The notes beneath the pieces were generated by a model. It ran no database searches. It worked only from the letters and a program-made list of their open reading frames with translations, and was not told the origin of the DNA. The position numbers were made by a program, and so were the translations under genes. From sequence record NZ_CP028351.1: a stretch of DNA of 64,000 bases. One strand, 5' to 3'. This document shows positions 47,601-57,577 of this stretch, piece by piece (position 1 is the first letter of the stretch; every line of letters starts with the position of its first letter). The DNA is from a plasmid.

Positions 47601-47722
47601 ATCAGGTGTTCTGGGGGCCGATGGCACTGGCGATTATTGGTGGTCTGGTCAGCGGCACGCTGGTGACGCTCACGGTGCTGCCCGCCGCGTTAAGTCTGCT
47701 GATGCAGCGACGTTCAGGTTAA
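44678..47722 (+). CDS. RND-family inner-membrane efflux transporter (AcrB/MdtB-like)
   Basis: 1014 aa with twelve TM segments and two large periplasmic loops. The N-terminal region MKKMTGFNLSGWALAHQQLVIFFMLLVMAAG is typical of RND pumps. Confidence 0.9.
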   Translation: MKKMTGFNLSGWALAHQQLVIFFMLLVMAAGVLSYERLSRNEDPAFTIKTAVISARWPGADVNTTVQLLTDVLEQKVQEIPSLDAVESETRAGETVIYVNLRDDTPPSEVAGIWYQLRKKMHDVTSSLPQGVQGPAVNDEFDDTFGTIYGFTADGFTARELRDRVDNLRRSLASLPDIGKTSLLGVQEQQVVIAFSPRKLNGMGLDLQQVSDAIKAQNDVVPAGSLRTDRENIALRVSGTLTSVESLQAITLHIGERFIPLTDLATISLQSAEPPVPTFRINGVPAIGLAISMAASGNMLNFGKQLNQRMQTLAGQLPHGITMTRVADQSSVVKQAVSGFVRILGEAVVIVLAVSFVTLGLRAGLVVAAAIPLVLAMTFTGMLLAGIGLQRISLGALIIALGLLVDDAMITVEAMVARLEAGDSKWQAATYAFRTTAFPMLTGTLVMIAGFIPVGFAASSAGEYCYSLFVVITLALLCSWVVAVIFSPLTGCWLLSAKRIKAHQSPGLLTRGYHGLLEVILRHRLMTIGAALTVLLVSLYATTFMQGEFFPASDRPELLVSLTLPASTSQAETTRRTAQLEQMLRNDRDVANFTSYVGSGAIRFYLPMDVLLDNENIAQLVVVAKNLAVRDRLRSRLEKKLAADFSDITTRVSPLELGPPVGWPLKYRITGPDNGRVRQAAGELAALIARSPLTREVNLTAGEPERVMTLAVNQTAARAAGLSSDTIASALNTLMSGSVVTTLRDRNRLIDVVLRSNDAERQNTETLEGLMITNASGQKIPLRQVATLNWGVDDPVIWRRQRLSYITVQTDIAPGQRAEKVSQQLAPDVAALRASLPAGYGIEEGGVVAESDKGNGSVFALLPVTICAMLVLLMIQLQRFFGMLLALSMAPFGLPGIVSAMLPAGTPLGFVALLGIIALAGIIIRNAVIMISEVDAYSRAGLPAGDAIRQAAHHRARPILLTACAAILGMIPIAHQVFWGPMALAIIGGLVSGTLVTLTVLPAALSLLMQRRSG

Positions 47723-47739
47723 AGCAGTTCGTATTAAAA

Positions 47740-47780
47740 CGCCCGGCGATCCCATGCTGAGAACAGCGGGATCGCCGGAT
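47740..47780. terminator. Bidirectional stem-loop between the RND pump and a convergent small gene
   Basis: CCCGGCGATCCC-(14 nt)-GGGATCGCCGG is an 11-bp GC-rich stem. No strong T-run follows. Confidence 0.4.
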
Positions 47781-47784
47781 GCGT

Positions 47785-48030
47785 TCAGTTCATCACCTCG
47801 ACCAGAATCAACGGGCACTTTCTGACTTTGCAGGCCTGACTGTAGGCCAGCGAGCAGACCGAACAGAGGTCGCGCACGTCAGACTGGTACTCATACTCCA
47901 TGAAATAGCGGAACTGGCCGCCCGCCGAATCTGTTCTCCAGAATCGCTGCGGCTCCAGAATTTCATCCAGTTGCCTGAATGTCAGGGCTGACGGGTTGTG
48001 ATACCCGACTCTTACGCGGTATGTAGTCAT
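47785..48030 (-). CDS. Small Cys-rich hypothetical protein (81 aa)
   Basis: MTTYRVRVGYHNPSALTFRQLDEILEPQRFWRTDS...CSVCSLAYSQACKVRKCP contains four Cys residues in CxxC...CxxxxC spacing. I do not recognise it. Confidence 0.35.
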   Translation of the reverse strand: MTTYRVRVGYHNPSALTFRQLDEILEPQRFWRTDSAGGQFRYFMEYEYQSDVRDLCSVCSLAYSQACKVRKCPLILVEVMN

Positions 48031-48102
48031 GCACCGATTATTGGCATCCCGGCCCCGCCGCCGCCAGTTGGTTATTGTTTTCAGTACAATAGCTGGCGCT
48101 TA

Positions 48103-49008
48103 TCAACCCGCTTCGCCTGGTGTCACAGGCGGTTCGGCCAGCAGCGCCAGCAGATGCAGCACCGCTTTTGATGGATGATGCCGACGCCAGGCAAACGCCA
48201 CGTCGGTAAACAGCGTGTTGTTCTCGATATCGCAGAAGCTGACTTCGGGATTATCGACGCAGCGCAGCGACTCCGGCACCAGCGCAATCCCGCAGCCTGC
48301 AGCCACCATGCCCAGCGATGTGGTGATCTGTGGCGCCTGCTGGAAGGTGTGGCGTGAAAAGCCCGCCCGCAGACAGGCCGTAACAATCAGCTCATAGAGA
48401 CTTGGCGAAACGTCGCGCGGGAAGATTATCAGGGTTTCATCCGCCAGCGCGGACAACGAGACTGTCGGCGTGCCGCTGAGGGGATGGCAGCGCGGCAGCG
48501 CAATCAGCATCTTTTCGGTGGAGATCACGCGCAGATTAAACGCCTTGCTGCTTTCGCACGGCAGCCGGATAAAGGCAGCATCCAGCAATCCCTCTTGCAG
48601 ATCCTGCATCAGCAACGACATATTCTCTTCACGCGTCAGCAGCTCCATCGCCGGATAGCGTTCCGTAAACTGACGGATCAGGGTGAAGATGCGCGGATTA
48701 AACGCCACCGAGCTGGCAAACCCAAGCGACAGCTGGCCACTGATCCCGCGGGCAATCCCGCGCGCGTTCTCCAGTGCCTGATCGGCCAGTTGGACAATTT
48801 GCCGGGCATCGGCCAGAAACGCTTCCCCCGCTTCAGTAAGTTCCACGCCGCGCGTCAGTCGCTTCAGCAGCGGTGTGCCAATTTCCTGCTCCAGCCGCAG
48901 TATCTGCTGGCTCAGCGGCGGCTGAGAAATCCCCAGCATTTCAGCGGCCCGGGTGAAGTGAAGCGTCTCGGCTACGGCAACAAAATAACGCAGGTGGCGC
49001 AGTTCCAT
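48103..49008 (-). CDS. budR: LysR-family transcriptional regulator, divergent activator of the bud operon
   Basis: HTH MELRHLRYFVAVAETLHFTRAAEMLGISQPPLSQQI. It is 301 aa and divergent from budA. Confidence 0.85.
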   Translation of the reverse strand: MELRHLRYFVAVAETLHFTRAAEMLGISQPPLSQQILRLEQEIGTPLLKRLTRGVELTEAGEAFLADARQIVQLADQALENARGIARGISGQLSLGFASSVAFNPRIFTLIRQFTERYPAMELLTREENMSLLMQDLQEGLLDAAFIRLPCESSKAFNLRVISTEKMLIALPRCHPLSGTPTVSLSALADETLIIFPRDVSPSLYELIVTACLRAGFSRHTFQQAPQITTSLGMVAAGCGIALVPESLRCVDNPEVSFCDIENNTLFTDVAFAWRRHHPSKAVLHLLALLAEPPVTPGEAG

Positions 49009-49112
49009 ATCAAAAACGTCTCAAAGTTAACAGGTTTCGCTATTGGACCCACCGACTGAATCGGTTCACCATTAGGTTAACACGGCTTAACGGTTAATCG
49101 ATGAGGCATGAA

Positions 49113-49895
49113 ATGAGCAATTGTGTAACTGATTGTTCCTGTGAGGATCAACTAAAACATACTGTCTTAACGCTTTCCCAGGATGCACCAGAAAGCGTTA
49201 TCTATCAGACCTCTTTAATGAGTGCGCTGCTGAGCGGCGTCTACGACGGTAACGTCCGCATCGCCGACCTGCTGCGCAAAGGGGATTTCGGCCTGGGCAC
49301 GTTTAACCGGCTGGATGGCGAGATGATTGCGTTCGACAGCAAGGTCTATCAACTGCACTCAGATGGCAGCGCGCATCCGGCCGATCCGGCACAGAAAACC
49401 CCGTTTGCGGTGATGACCTTTTTCAGGCCGCAGCACCTGTTTGAGTTTGACCGGCCCATGTCGCGCGAGAATATCCATCGGGTGATCGACAGCGAAATCA
49501 CCTCCGATAACCAGTTCTGCGCGCTGCGCATCAGCGGTCGTTTCAGCCGCGTCGATACCCGCACCGTGCCGTGTCAGTGCCGTCCCTACCGCTCCATGCC
49601 GGAAGTGCTGGGCGATCAGCCGACCTTTGCCTTCAGCCAGCGCGCGGGCGAGCTGATTGGCTTCCGCACGCCACAGTATATGCAGGGCATTAACGTAGCG
49701 GGCTATCACGAACACTTTATTACCGACGACCGCGAAGGCGGCGGCCACATTCTCGATTATGCGCTGGAACAGGGCACCCTGACCTTTGGTGCCATCAGCA
49801 AGCTGGTCGTGGATCTGCCGCAGGACAGTGACTTTCTCAATGCCGACCTGAACCCCGCCAATCTTGACGCCGCGATCCGTGCGGTAGAAAGCTAA
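49113..49895 (+). CDS. budA: Alpha-acetolactate decarboxylase
   Basis: [52 protein letters not shown] is the AlsD/BudA signature. A GAGG SD sits 7 nt before the ATG at 49113. Confidence 0.9.
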   Translation: MSNCVTDCSCEDQLKHTVLTLSQDAPESVIYQTSLMSALLSGVYDGNVRIADLLRKGDFGLGTFNRLDGEMIAFDSKVYQLHSDGSAHPADPAQKTPFAVMTFFRPQHLFEFDRPMSRENIHRVIDSEITSDNQFCALRISGRFSRVDTRTVPCQCRPYRSMPEVLGDQPTFAFSQRAGELIGFRTPQYMQGINVAGYHEHFITDDREGGGHILDYALEQGTLTFGAISKLVVDLPQDSDFLNADLNPANLDAAIRAVES

Positions 49896-49909
49896 TCAGA
49901 GGAATGACG

Positions 49910-51589
49910 ATGAAAACTCCAACCGATACCACACTCTGGACCTGCGGCGCTGACCTGGTGGTCGCACAGCTTGAGGCACAGGGCGTGCAGCATGTTTTTG
50001 GCATCCCTGGCGCAAAGATCGACAAGGTTTTTGACTCCCTGCTGGATTCCTCCATTCAGACAATCCCGGTTCGTCATGAAGCCAATGCTGCCTTTATGGC
50101 CGCCGCAGTGGGCCGGCTGACCGGCAATGCCGGTGTGGCACTGGTCACGTCCGGGCCGGGCTGCTCCAACCTGATCACCGGCATGGCCACCGCTACCAGC
50201 GAAGGCGATCCGGTGGTCGCCATCGGCGGCCAGGTGAAACGCTCCGACAGCGCCAAACAGGTTCACCAGAGCATGGATACGGTGTCCATGTTTCGCCCGG
50301 TCACCAAATATGCGGTTGAAGTGACCGATCCTTCTGCGCTCTCTGAATGCCTGTCGAATGCGTTTCGTCACGCCGAGCATGGCCGCGGCGGCGGCGCCTT
50401 TATCAGCCTGCCGCAGGATATTGTCGACCAGCCGGTGACCGGCAAGGCACTGAGCAGCAAGGGCCGTCCGGTGCTGGGTGCCGCGCCAGACGCGATGATT
50501 GACACGGTCAGCCAGGCGATTGCCGGGGCGAAAAATCCGGTCATCCTGTTGGGATTAATGGCGAGCCAGCCGGAAAACAGCGAAGCGATTCACGATCTGC
50601 TGAGCCGCAGTCATATTCCGGTCACCAGCACCTATCAGGCGGCGGGCGCGATCAGGCAGGATCACTTCTCACGCTTCGCCGGTCGCGTCGGACTGTTTAA
50701 CAACCAGGCAGGTGACCGGCTGCTGCAACAGGCTGACCTGATCATCACCATCGGTTACAGTCCGGTAGAATATGAACCGGCGATGTGGAACAGCGGTAAC
50801 GCCACCCTGATTCACATCGACGTGATTCCGGCAGAGACCGACAACCGCTACCTGCCGGACGCCGAGCTGGTGGGCGATATCGCTGCCACGGTGCGTAAAC
50901 TGGCAGCACGCATTACCGCGCCGCTGCAGCTGACATCAGAAGCCGCCAGCATTCTTGAAGATCGTCAGCAGCAGCGCAAACTGCTGGCGATGCAGGGTGC
51001 CAGTCTCAATCAGTTTGCCCTACATCCGCTGCGCATCGTGCGCGCTATGCAGGACATCATTAACAGCGACGTCAGCCTCACCGTTGATATGGGCAGCTTC
51101 CACATCTGGATTGCCCGTTATCTTTACAGCTTCCGTGCCCGCCAGATCATGATCTCCAACGGTCAGCAGACCATGGGTGTGGCGCTGCCGTGGGCGATTG
51201 GTGCCTGGCTGGTCGATCCACAGCGCAAATTGGTATCGGTTTCAGGGGATGGTGGCTTCCTGCAGTCCAGCATGGAGCTGGAAACGGCCGTCCGGTTAAA
51301 AGCCAATATCCTGCACATCGTCTGGGTCGATAACGCCTACAACATGGTGGCAATGCAGGAAGAGAAAAAGTATCACCGCGTCTCAGGTGTCAATTTTGGC
51401 CCGGTCGATTTCAAAGCCTACGCCGAAGCGTTTGGCGCTGCGGGCTTTGCGGTGACCAGCGCGGCAGAGCTGGAGCCGACGCTGCGTAAAGCGATGGATG
51501 TTCAGGGTCCTGCCGTGGTAGCTGTGCCGGTCGATTACGCCGACAACCCGCTGCTGATGGGTCAGCTGCATCTGAGCCAGCTTCTTTAA
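49910..51589 (+). CDS. budB: Catabolic acetolactate synthase (TPP-dependent)
   Basis: [32 protein letters not shown] is the N-terminal TPP-enzyme domain. The GDGGF TPP-binding motif appears in [15 protein letters not shown]. Confidence 0.9.
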   Translation: MKTPTDTTLWTCGADLVVAQLEAQGVQHVFGIPGAKIDKVFDSLLDSSIQTIPVRHEANAAFMAAAVGRLTGNAGVALVTSGPGCSNLITGMATATSEGDPVVAIGGQVKRSDSAKQVHQSMDTVSMFRPVTKYAVEVTDPSALSECLSNAFRHAEHGRGGGAFISLPQDIVDQPVTGKALSSKGRPVLGAAPDAMIDTVSQAIAGAKNPVILLGLMASQPENSEAIHDLLSRSHIPVTSTYQAAGAIRQDHFSRFAGRVGLFNNQAGDRLLQQADLIITIGYSPVEYEPAMWNSGNATLIHIDVIPAETDNRYLPDAELVGDIAATVRKLAARITAPLQLTSEAASILEDRQQQRKLLAMQGASLNQFALHPLRIVRAMQDIINSDVSLTVDMGSFHIWIARYLYSFRARQIMISNGQQTMGVALPWAIGAWLVDPQRKLVSVSGDGGFLQSSMELETAVRLKANILHIVWVDNAYNMVAMQEEKKYHRVSGVNFGPVDFKAYAEAFGAAGFAVTSAAELEPTLRKAMDVQGPAVVAVPVDYADNPLLMGQLHLSQLL

Positions 51590-52384
<795 letters not shown>

Positions 52385-52393
52385 TCTGCTCTC

Positions 52394-52426
52394 GCCTGCT
52401 GCGTCTCTGCGCAGCAGGCTTTTCTC
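52394..52426 (+). terminator. Rho-independent terminator of the bud operon
   Basis: GCCTGCTGCGtctctGCGCAGCAGGCttttctc is a 10-bp stem followed by a T-run. Confidence 0.8.
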
Positions 52427-52580
52427 AAGACCGGATTGAACCGTTAATTTATTTTATCTGAAAAGCGGTTACCCATCAGCCGGTTGCCCTCCTGACCCCG
52501 TTTTTGCTTAGTTTTTGTCGCCGCAGAGATTAAAGCTGCTTATCACCCTGCCGATAAAACAGAGACTCCTCTCCCTGTTC

Positions 52581-54041
52581 GAAGCGACCATGTTAACGAT
52601 CAACCATAACGAAACCGCCGCCATTACGAACAAATTGCGGTACGGTACTGACTCCGTTCTGGGACGAACGGTTGAACGGCTATCATCAGGGATGCGGATT
52701 AACAGTGCCAAAGACGATGCGGCAGGTCAGGCGATTGCCAACCGTATGACGGCCAATGTCAACGCCGACGCGGTAGTGGCACGCGGCCTTAATGATGCCA
52801 TCAGCTATTCCCAGACCGCCAGTGGCGGCCTGGGGACCATCGTCGATCTGTTGATCCAGGCGCGTACGCTGTCGGTGCAGGCCGCTAACGGCACGCTGTC
52901 AGACGCGGATCGGCAGAGTGTAAACGGTGCATATCAGCAGATTCTGGCCGGCATCAACGAAGTCGCGGATCACACCGAGATTTTCGGGCGTTACCCGCTG
53001 GCAACGGATAATCCCGATCTGCCGCCTGCGAAACTAGGTAACGTTGACCCTATCAACGTTAAGTTCCCGGTGCCGGGCAAGAATTACTCGTTTACCTCGG
53101 GTGTGATCCCGCTGGCCTATATCCCGGCAGGCTCAACATCGATAAGCATTACCATTGACTCACTGGGTCAGGATGACGATCTCCAGTTGTTTACCCGCGA
53201 CGGTAAACATCTGGCGGGAACACCGCTGGACGGCAGTGCACCTGATTACACCTGGACCAGCAAAGGCATTACGGATGCAGCGACCGCAGATTCGCGCCTG
53301 CTGACCAGTAAAAACGGTTTTGCTACTGGCGCAACTTATGACAGCTCTCAGCTGCTGGAAGGCGGCCCGAGCTGGGCGCTGGCGGGCAGTAACAGCAGCA
53401 GCTACAACGGGATGACCATCACCTACAGCGGTGACGGCGACCGCTATGAAGATGTCGCCAGCGGCGATTTCAATAACGGCACCAATACCGGCACCCGGCT
53501 GGAGCGCATCTCGCTGGACACCGTCAGCGAAGATTTGATTGTGGTGGTGGTGGGCAACGGCTCCTTCACTGGTAGTCTGACCTGGGGAATCCTGCCGGAG
53601 CCCAAGGGCGTGCCTGCAACGCCGCCACATGAGAGTCGTCCTCTCGAAGTGATCACCAGCGCCGACTATGGTCAGCCGATACAGTCGGATAGCATCCCCG
53701 CTACGCCGTCAGATACTAAAACGCTGGGACTGAACAACACCACTCTGCTGACCAGTGGCGACATCTCCACCACCATGAAGGCGCTGGATAAAGCGCTGGA
53801 GAAGATCAGCGGCTATCAGTCGCTCTATGGCGCTAAGATAAATCGTTACGAGTCAAACCGTAATGTGCTGTCACAACAGGGTGTGGATACCTCTGCGGCT
53901 CGCAGCCGCATTCAGGATGCAGACTATGCTGAAGAAGCGAGTCAGCTGGCGCGCAGCCAGATTATCCAGCAGGGACAGACAGCCGTCAGCAAGATGGCGA
54001 GCAAAACACCTGAAATGATCATCCAGCTATTAGGCAGCTAA
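52581..54041 (+). CDS. Flagellin-family protein: divergent N- and C-terminal D0/D1 domains with an unusual middle region
   Basis: [76 protein letters not shown] matches the flagellin N-terminal domain ([34 protein letters not shown]...). The C-terminal ...[45 protein letters not shown] is flagellin-like. The extreme N-terminus ([16 protein letters not shown]) is atypical. Confidence 0.75.
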   Translation, partial: [486 protein letters not shown]

Positions 54042-54050
54042 TACCTTATC

Positions 54051-54090
54051 CGGCTGAGCATCCTGACTCAGCCGTTTATCCTGTTTCTTC
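54051..54090 (+). terminator. Rho-independent terminator after the flagellin gene
   Basis: CGGCTGAGcatcctgaCTCAGCCGtttatcctgtttcttc. Confidence 0.65.
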
Positions 54091-54379
54091 ACCATCTGAA
54101 CCGCCTGATTCCGCACCCTGCTGGCCCGACATTCGCGATTACACCTCGTCACCCTTTGATCCCAGTCACACAAACTCGTTTAAGATTCGTTTAAAGATGA
54201 TCGCGATCACCCTTCCTTGTTAAAGAAATGCTAAATCCTGACAACTATTTACTATCATCCTGCAGTGCAGGGTTAAATAAAACAACAGGTTAATTGTTAC
54301 CACGCTAACTAATTACCTGAATTTTCCTGGCTTCATGTAACTTTTTTATTACTTTTACGCCAATGTGAGGGCTGCTATT

Positions 54380-55693
54380 TTGCTGACGATACTGGGTTTT
54401 TCCATGGTTGTTTGCTTCATGTATCTGATCATGACCAAACGCATGTCAGCCTTAATTGCGCTGATCCTGATACCAACTATATTTGCGCTGATTGGCGGAT
54501 TTTATGCCGGACTGGGTGCCATGATGCTGGATGGCGTCAAAAAGCTGGCGCCGACCGGTGTGATGCTGACCTTCTCCATTCTCTATTTTGGTCTGATGAT
54601 CGATGCCGGGCTGTTTGACCCGCTGGTACGCTTTATTCTCCGGCTGGTGCGTGGCGATCCCCTGAAAGTGCTGGTCGGCACCGCGGTGCTGACGCTGCTG
54701 GTTTCGCTGGATGGTGACAGCTCCACCACTTACATGATCGCTATCGCCGCGTTTCTACCGCTCTATCACCGGCTGGGCATGAACGTGCTGATGATGACCT
54801 GTCTGGTCAACCTCGCCAGCGGCATCATGAACCTTTCTCCCTGGGGTGGCCCGACGGCACGAGCCGCCGCAGCACTGCGCATTGATGCGCTCGACATCTT
54901 TATTCCGATGCTGCCAGCGATGCTGCTCGCCTGCGTCAGCCTGGTCGCGATGGCGGTGCTGTTTGGCCTGCGTGAGCGTAAACGGTTAGGCGTGATGACC
55001 ATGAAAGATCACCATCTCGACAACATCGAGCTGGGTCTGGGCGATGCCGAAGAGTGCGCTGCCAACCGCCGTCCGAAGATGTTCTGGCCTAACTTTATCC
55101 TGACCACGGTGCTGCTGGTGCTGCTGGTAATTGGTTTAATGCCGATTCAGATCCTGTTCATGCTGGCGTTTGCCATTGCAGTGATGCTCAACTATCCCAC
55201 GCTGGAGGAGCAGAAAGCCCGTATCAGCTCGCATGCCGGTAACGTGCTGGCGGTGACCGCGCTGATTTTTGCCGCCGGTATCTTCACGGGTATTCTCTCC
55301 GGCACCGGCATGGTGGATGCCATGGCGAAGAGTCTGCTGGCCGTGATCCCAACCAGCTTCGGACCTTACCTGGCGGTGTTTACCGCGCTGGTCAGCCTGC
55401 CGTTCACCTTCTTTATGTCGAATGATGCGTTTTACTTCGGCATCCTGCCGGTTATCGCGCAGACGGCGGCCAGCTACGGCATTACCGCCGAAGAGATTGC
55501 CCGTGCTTCCATTGTCGGTCAGCCGTTCCACCTGCTGAGCCCGCTGGTGCCGTCGGTCTACCTGCTGGTGGGCCTGGCGAAAGTCGATATCGGCGACCAC
55601 CAGCGCTTTGCCATCAAGTGGGGGATTCTGGTCAGTCTGGTATTGATGGCGGGCGGTCTGCTGACCGGTGCTTTCCCGCTGTTCCACAGTTAA
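54380..55693 (+). CDS. CitMHS-family citrate:divalent-cation/H+ symporter (CitM-like)
   Basis: MLTILGFSMVVCFMYLIMTKRMSAL...LDGDSSTTYMIAIAAFLPLYHRLGMN...PWGGPTARAAAAL... is near-colinear with Bacillus CitM (MLAILGFLMMLVFMALIMTKRLSVL...LDGDGTTTYMITIAALLPLYKRLGMN...PWGGPTARV). The start is probably the TTG at 54380 (GAGGG SD). The ORF tool begins at 54365. Confidence 0.85.
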   Translation: MLTILGFSMVVCFMYLIMTKRMSALIALILIPTIFALIGGFYAGLGAMMLDGVKKLAPTGVMLTFSILYFGLMIDAGLFDPLVRFILRLVRGDPLKVLVGTAVLTLLVSLDGDSSTTYMIAIAAFLPLYHRLGMNVLMMTCLVNLASGIMNLSPWGGPTARAAAALRIDALDIFIPMLPAMLLACVSLVAMAVLFGLRERKRLGVMTMKDHHLDNIELGLGDAEECAANRRPKMFWPNFILTTVLLVLLVIGLMPIQILFMLAFAIAVMLNYPTLEEQKARISSHAGNVLAVTALIFAAGIFTGILSGTGMVDAMAKSLLAVIPTSFGPYLAVFTALVSLPFTFFMSNDAFYFGILPVIAQTAASYGITAEEIARASIVGQPFHLLSPLVPSVYLLVGLAKVDIGDHQRFAIKWGILVSLVLMAGGLLTGAFPLFHS

Positions 55694-55706
55694 TTCTCTG
55701 CTTTCT

Positions 55707-55742
55707 GGCGGATAACCGGCTTTTTTTGCCCGGTTATCCGCT
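55707..55742 (+). terminator. Perfect 12-bp inverted repeat with a T7 loop (terminator or REP-like hairpin)
   Basis: GCGGATAACCGGctttttttgCCGGTTATCCGC lies immediately after the CitM-like stop. Confidence 0.5.
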
Positions 55743-55858
55743 TCACCGCTCCGCCTGTTGTTGCAACCCGCTCTACACTCTATAGCCAGGCTGATGTGCT
55801 GCGCGCCAGACAGGCCGTAGTCTCTCAGAGATTTTGCCGATGACCCTATGGAGGCCCG

Positions 55859-56698
55859 ATGAAAATTCACCACCTTAACTGTGGTTGTATGTGCCCGCTG
55901 GGCGGCGCGTTCTATGATGGATTCAGTAAAGGCCTGAAAGCGCACCTGGTCTGTCACTGCCTGCTGATTGAGACAGATCGCGACGGGCTGGTGCTGGTCG
56001 ATACTGGCTTTGGGCGGCAGGATATCCATACGCCCGGCAGTCGCCTCTCGGGCTTTTTCCGCGCCTTAAACAATATTCAGCGGCGTGACGATCTCACCGC
56101 CTTGTCACAGGTGAAGGCACTGGGCTTTCGGGCTGACGATGTGCGGCATATTATTCTGACCCATCTTGATTTTGATCATGCTGGCGGACTGACCGATTTT
56201 CCGCAGGCGCGCATCCATCTGTTGCAGCAGGAGGTCGATACTGCCCACCAGCGTCATAGCTGGCTGTCGCGCGAGCGCTATCGTCCCGGACAATGGGGCG
56301 GGATCGGCAACTGGGAAACCTATCAGCCGCAGGGGGAAACATGGTTTGGTTTTGAGGCGGTAAATCGCCTGCGGGATTTACCACCGGAGATTTTGCTGGT
56401 GCCGCTGGCGGGCCATACGCCGGGTCACGCGGGCATTGCGATTCAGCAACCCGATGGCTGGCTGCTGCACGGCGGCGACACCTGGTTTTACCGCGGCGAA
56501 ATGCGACAGCCGACGCGCCACTGCACGCCGGGACTGCGCTTTTACCAGTGGATGATGGGCATGGATAATGTGGCCAGACGGCACAACCAGCAGCGACTCC
56601 GTGAACTCTCCTGCCAGCGCGGCGGCGAAATCACCTTTTTCTGCAGTCACGATGCGCGCGAACTGGATGCGTTGCAGATTAATGCGCCGCTGCGCTGA
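55859..56698 (+). CDS. MBL-fold metallo-hydrolase
   Basis: ILTHLDFDHAGG is a variant of the HxHxDH motif. ...PLAGHTPGH... is a distal His motif. Confidence 0.75.
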   Translation: MKIHHLNCGCMCPLGGAFYDGFSKGLKAHLVCHCLLIETDRDGLVLVDTGFGRQDIHTPGSRLSGFFRALNNIQRRDDLTALSQVKALGFRADDVRHIILTHLDFDHAGGLTDFPQARIHLLQQEVDTAHQRHSWLSRERYRPGQWGGIGNWETYQPQGETWFGFEAVNRLRDLPPEILLVPLAGHTPGHAGIAIQQPDGWLLHGGDTWFYRGEMRQPTRHCTPGLRFYQWMMGMDNVARRHNQQRLRELSCQRGGEITFFCSHDARELDALQINAPLR

Positions 56699-56746
56699 TG
56701 CGATAAACTCCGTAATGGTGATGGGGCAGTCACCTCAGGGCGAGGA

Positions 56747-57061
56747 CTATGCCGTCCCGTCACTCCCCTGGGACGTCACGAGCCCCGGATGCAGAGGCAC
56801 GCCGGAAACGTCCGTATTTTCACGCGCTTTGTGCAGATCGCATGCAGCCTGCATGGATAACCAGAGCCGCGCTGAAATACCCAGCCCCGCCTCCAGCCGA
56901 AGAGCCATTTCCGGGCTTACGGAGGCTTTTCCGCCTGACACTTTGCTCAGCGATGCCGCCGAAACGCCCAGCTGTTTAGCCAGACTGCGCATACTGATGT
57001 CATTATCTTCCAGATATTCCGCTATCAGGCTGCCTGGGTGTGGCGGTTTAAACATTACCAT
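56747..57061 (-). CDS. higA: HigA-family antitoxin (XRE HTH) of the Proteus/Vibrio-type HigBA system
   Basis: MVMFKPPHPGSLIAEYLEDNDISMRSLAKQLGVSAASLSKVSGGKASVSPEMALRLEAGLGISARLWLSMQAACDLHKAREN matches Rts1 HigA ([78 protein letters not shown]). A GAGGA SD is present. The ATG overlaps the upstream higB stop (TGATG). Confidence 0.75.
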   Translation of the reverse strand: MVMFKPPHPGSLIAEYLEDNDISMRSLAKQLGVSAASLSKVSGGKASVSPEMALRLEAGLGISARLWLSMQAACDLHKARENTDVSGVPLHPGLVTSQGSDGTA

Positions 57062-57240
57062 CAATGATAATCCTCGCGGTTGAGAATGAATGCGTCGACG
57101 TCCGTGAATCCGAATGTGATGTGCCAGTTTGCTCTGACCGGAACTGAATAGACGTTCTTTCTTTCCCCGTGCCTGGGTAAAAGCGAAAGCCCGGCTTTTC
57201 ATTGTACAATGGTTTGTTTTATTCACTGCGGAGGTCTTTA
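57061..57240 (-). pseudogene. higB: Truncated higB toxin remnant, C-terminal about 43 codons only
   Basis: The minus-strand frame gives [48 protein letters not shown]. This aligns with the HigB C-terminus (...KLHPLKGDREGYWSITVRANWRITFQFINGDAYILNYEDYH). The N-terminal half is missing, and the upstream DNA is now the yefM promoter/gene. Confidence 0.5.
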
Positions 57241-57491
57241 TGAAAGCCATCATTTTCGGCGAAGCCCGACGGAATCTTTCTGCCACGATGATTCAGACGG
57301 CAGAAGATAAAGCGCCAGTAATGATCATTCGCCGGAACGGTGAGTCCTGCGTGCTGATGTCGACTGAAGAATATAACTCACTGGAAGAGACGGACTGGCT
57401 ACTGCGATCGCCCAGGAATGCCCGCAGATTGATGGATGCTATCGAAAGCCTGCGAAGCGGTGACGGGACTGACAGGAATGTGATTGCGTAA
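57240..57491 (+). CDS. yefM: YefM-family (Phd-type) antitoxin
   Basis: [76 protein letters not shown] is near-identical in pattern to E. coli YefM ([76 protein letters not shown]). The palindrome CATTGTACAATG at 57199-57210 sits in its promoter. Confidence 0.85.
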   Translation: MKAIIFGEARRNLSATMIQTAEDKAPVMIIRRNGESCVLMSTEEYNSLEETDWLLRSPRNARRLMDAIESLRSGDGTDRNVIA

Positions 57492-57577
57492 AACTGTCCA
57501 GGTCCGCAGAAGCCCGGCGGGTCTTTGCCGTCAGTGGGGATGCTCTGTCAATCGCCTTATGCCGCTATCATTATTGA
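57488..57577 (+). pseudogene. yoeB: yoeB toxin remnant with a large internal deletion and a lost start codon
   Basis: The frame after yefM reads (gta)[29 protein letters not shown]. coli YoeB has MKLIW at the N-terminus and ...RRITEEHRLVYAVTDDSLLIAACRYHY at the C-terminus. About 55 internal codons are missing, and the E. coli GTG start is GTA here. Confidence 0.55.
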
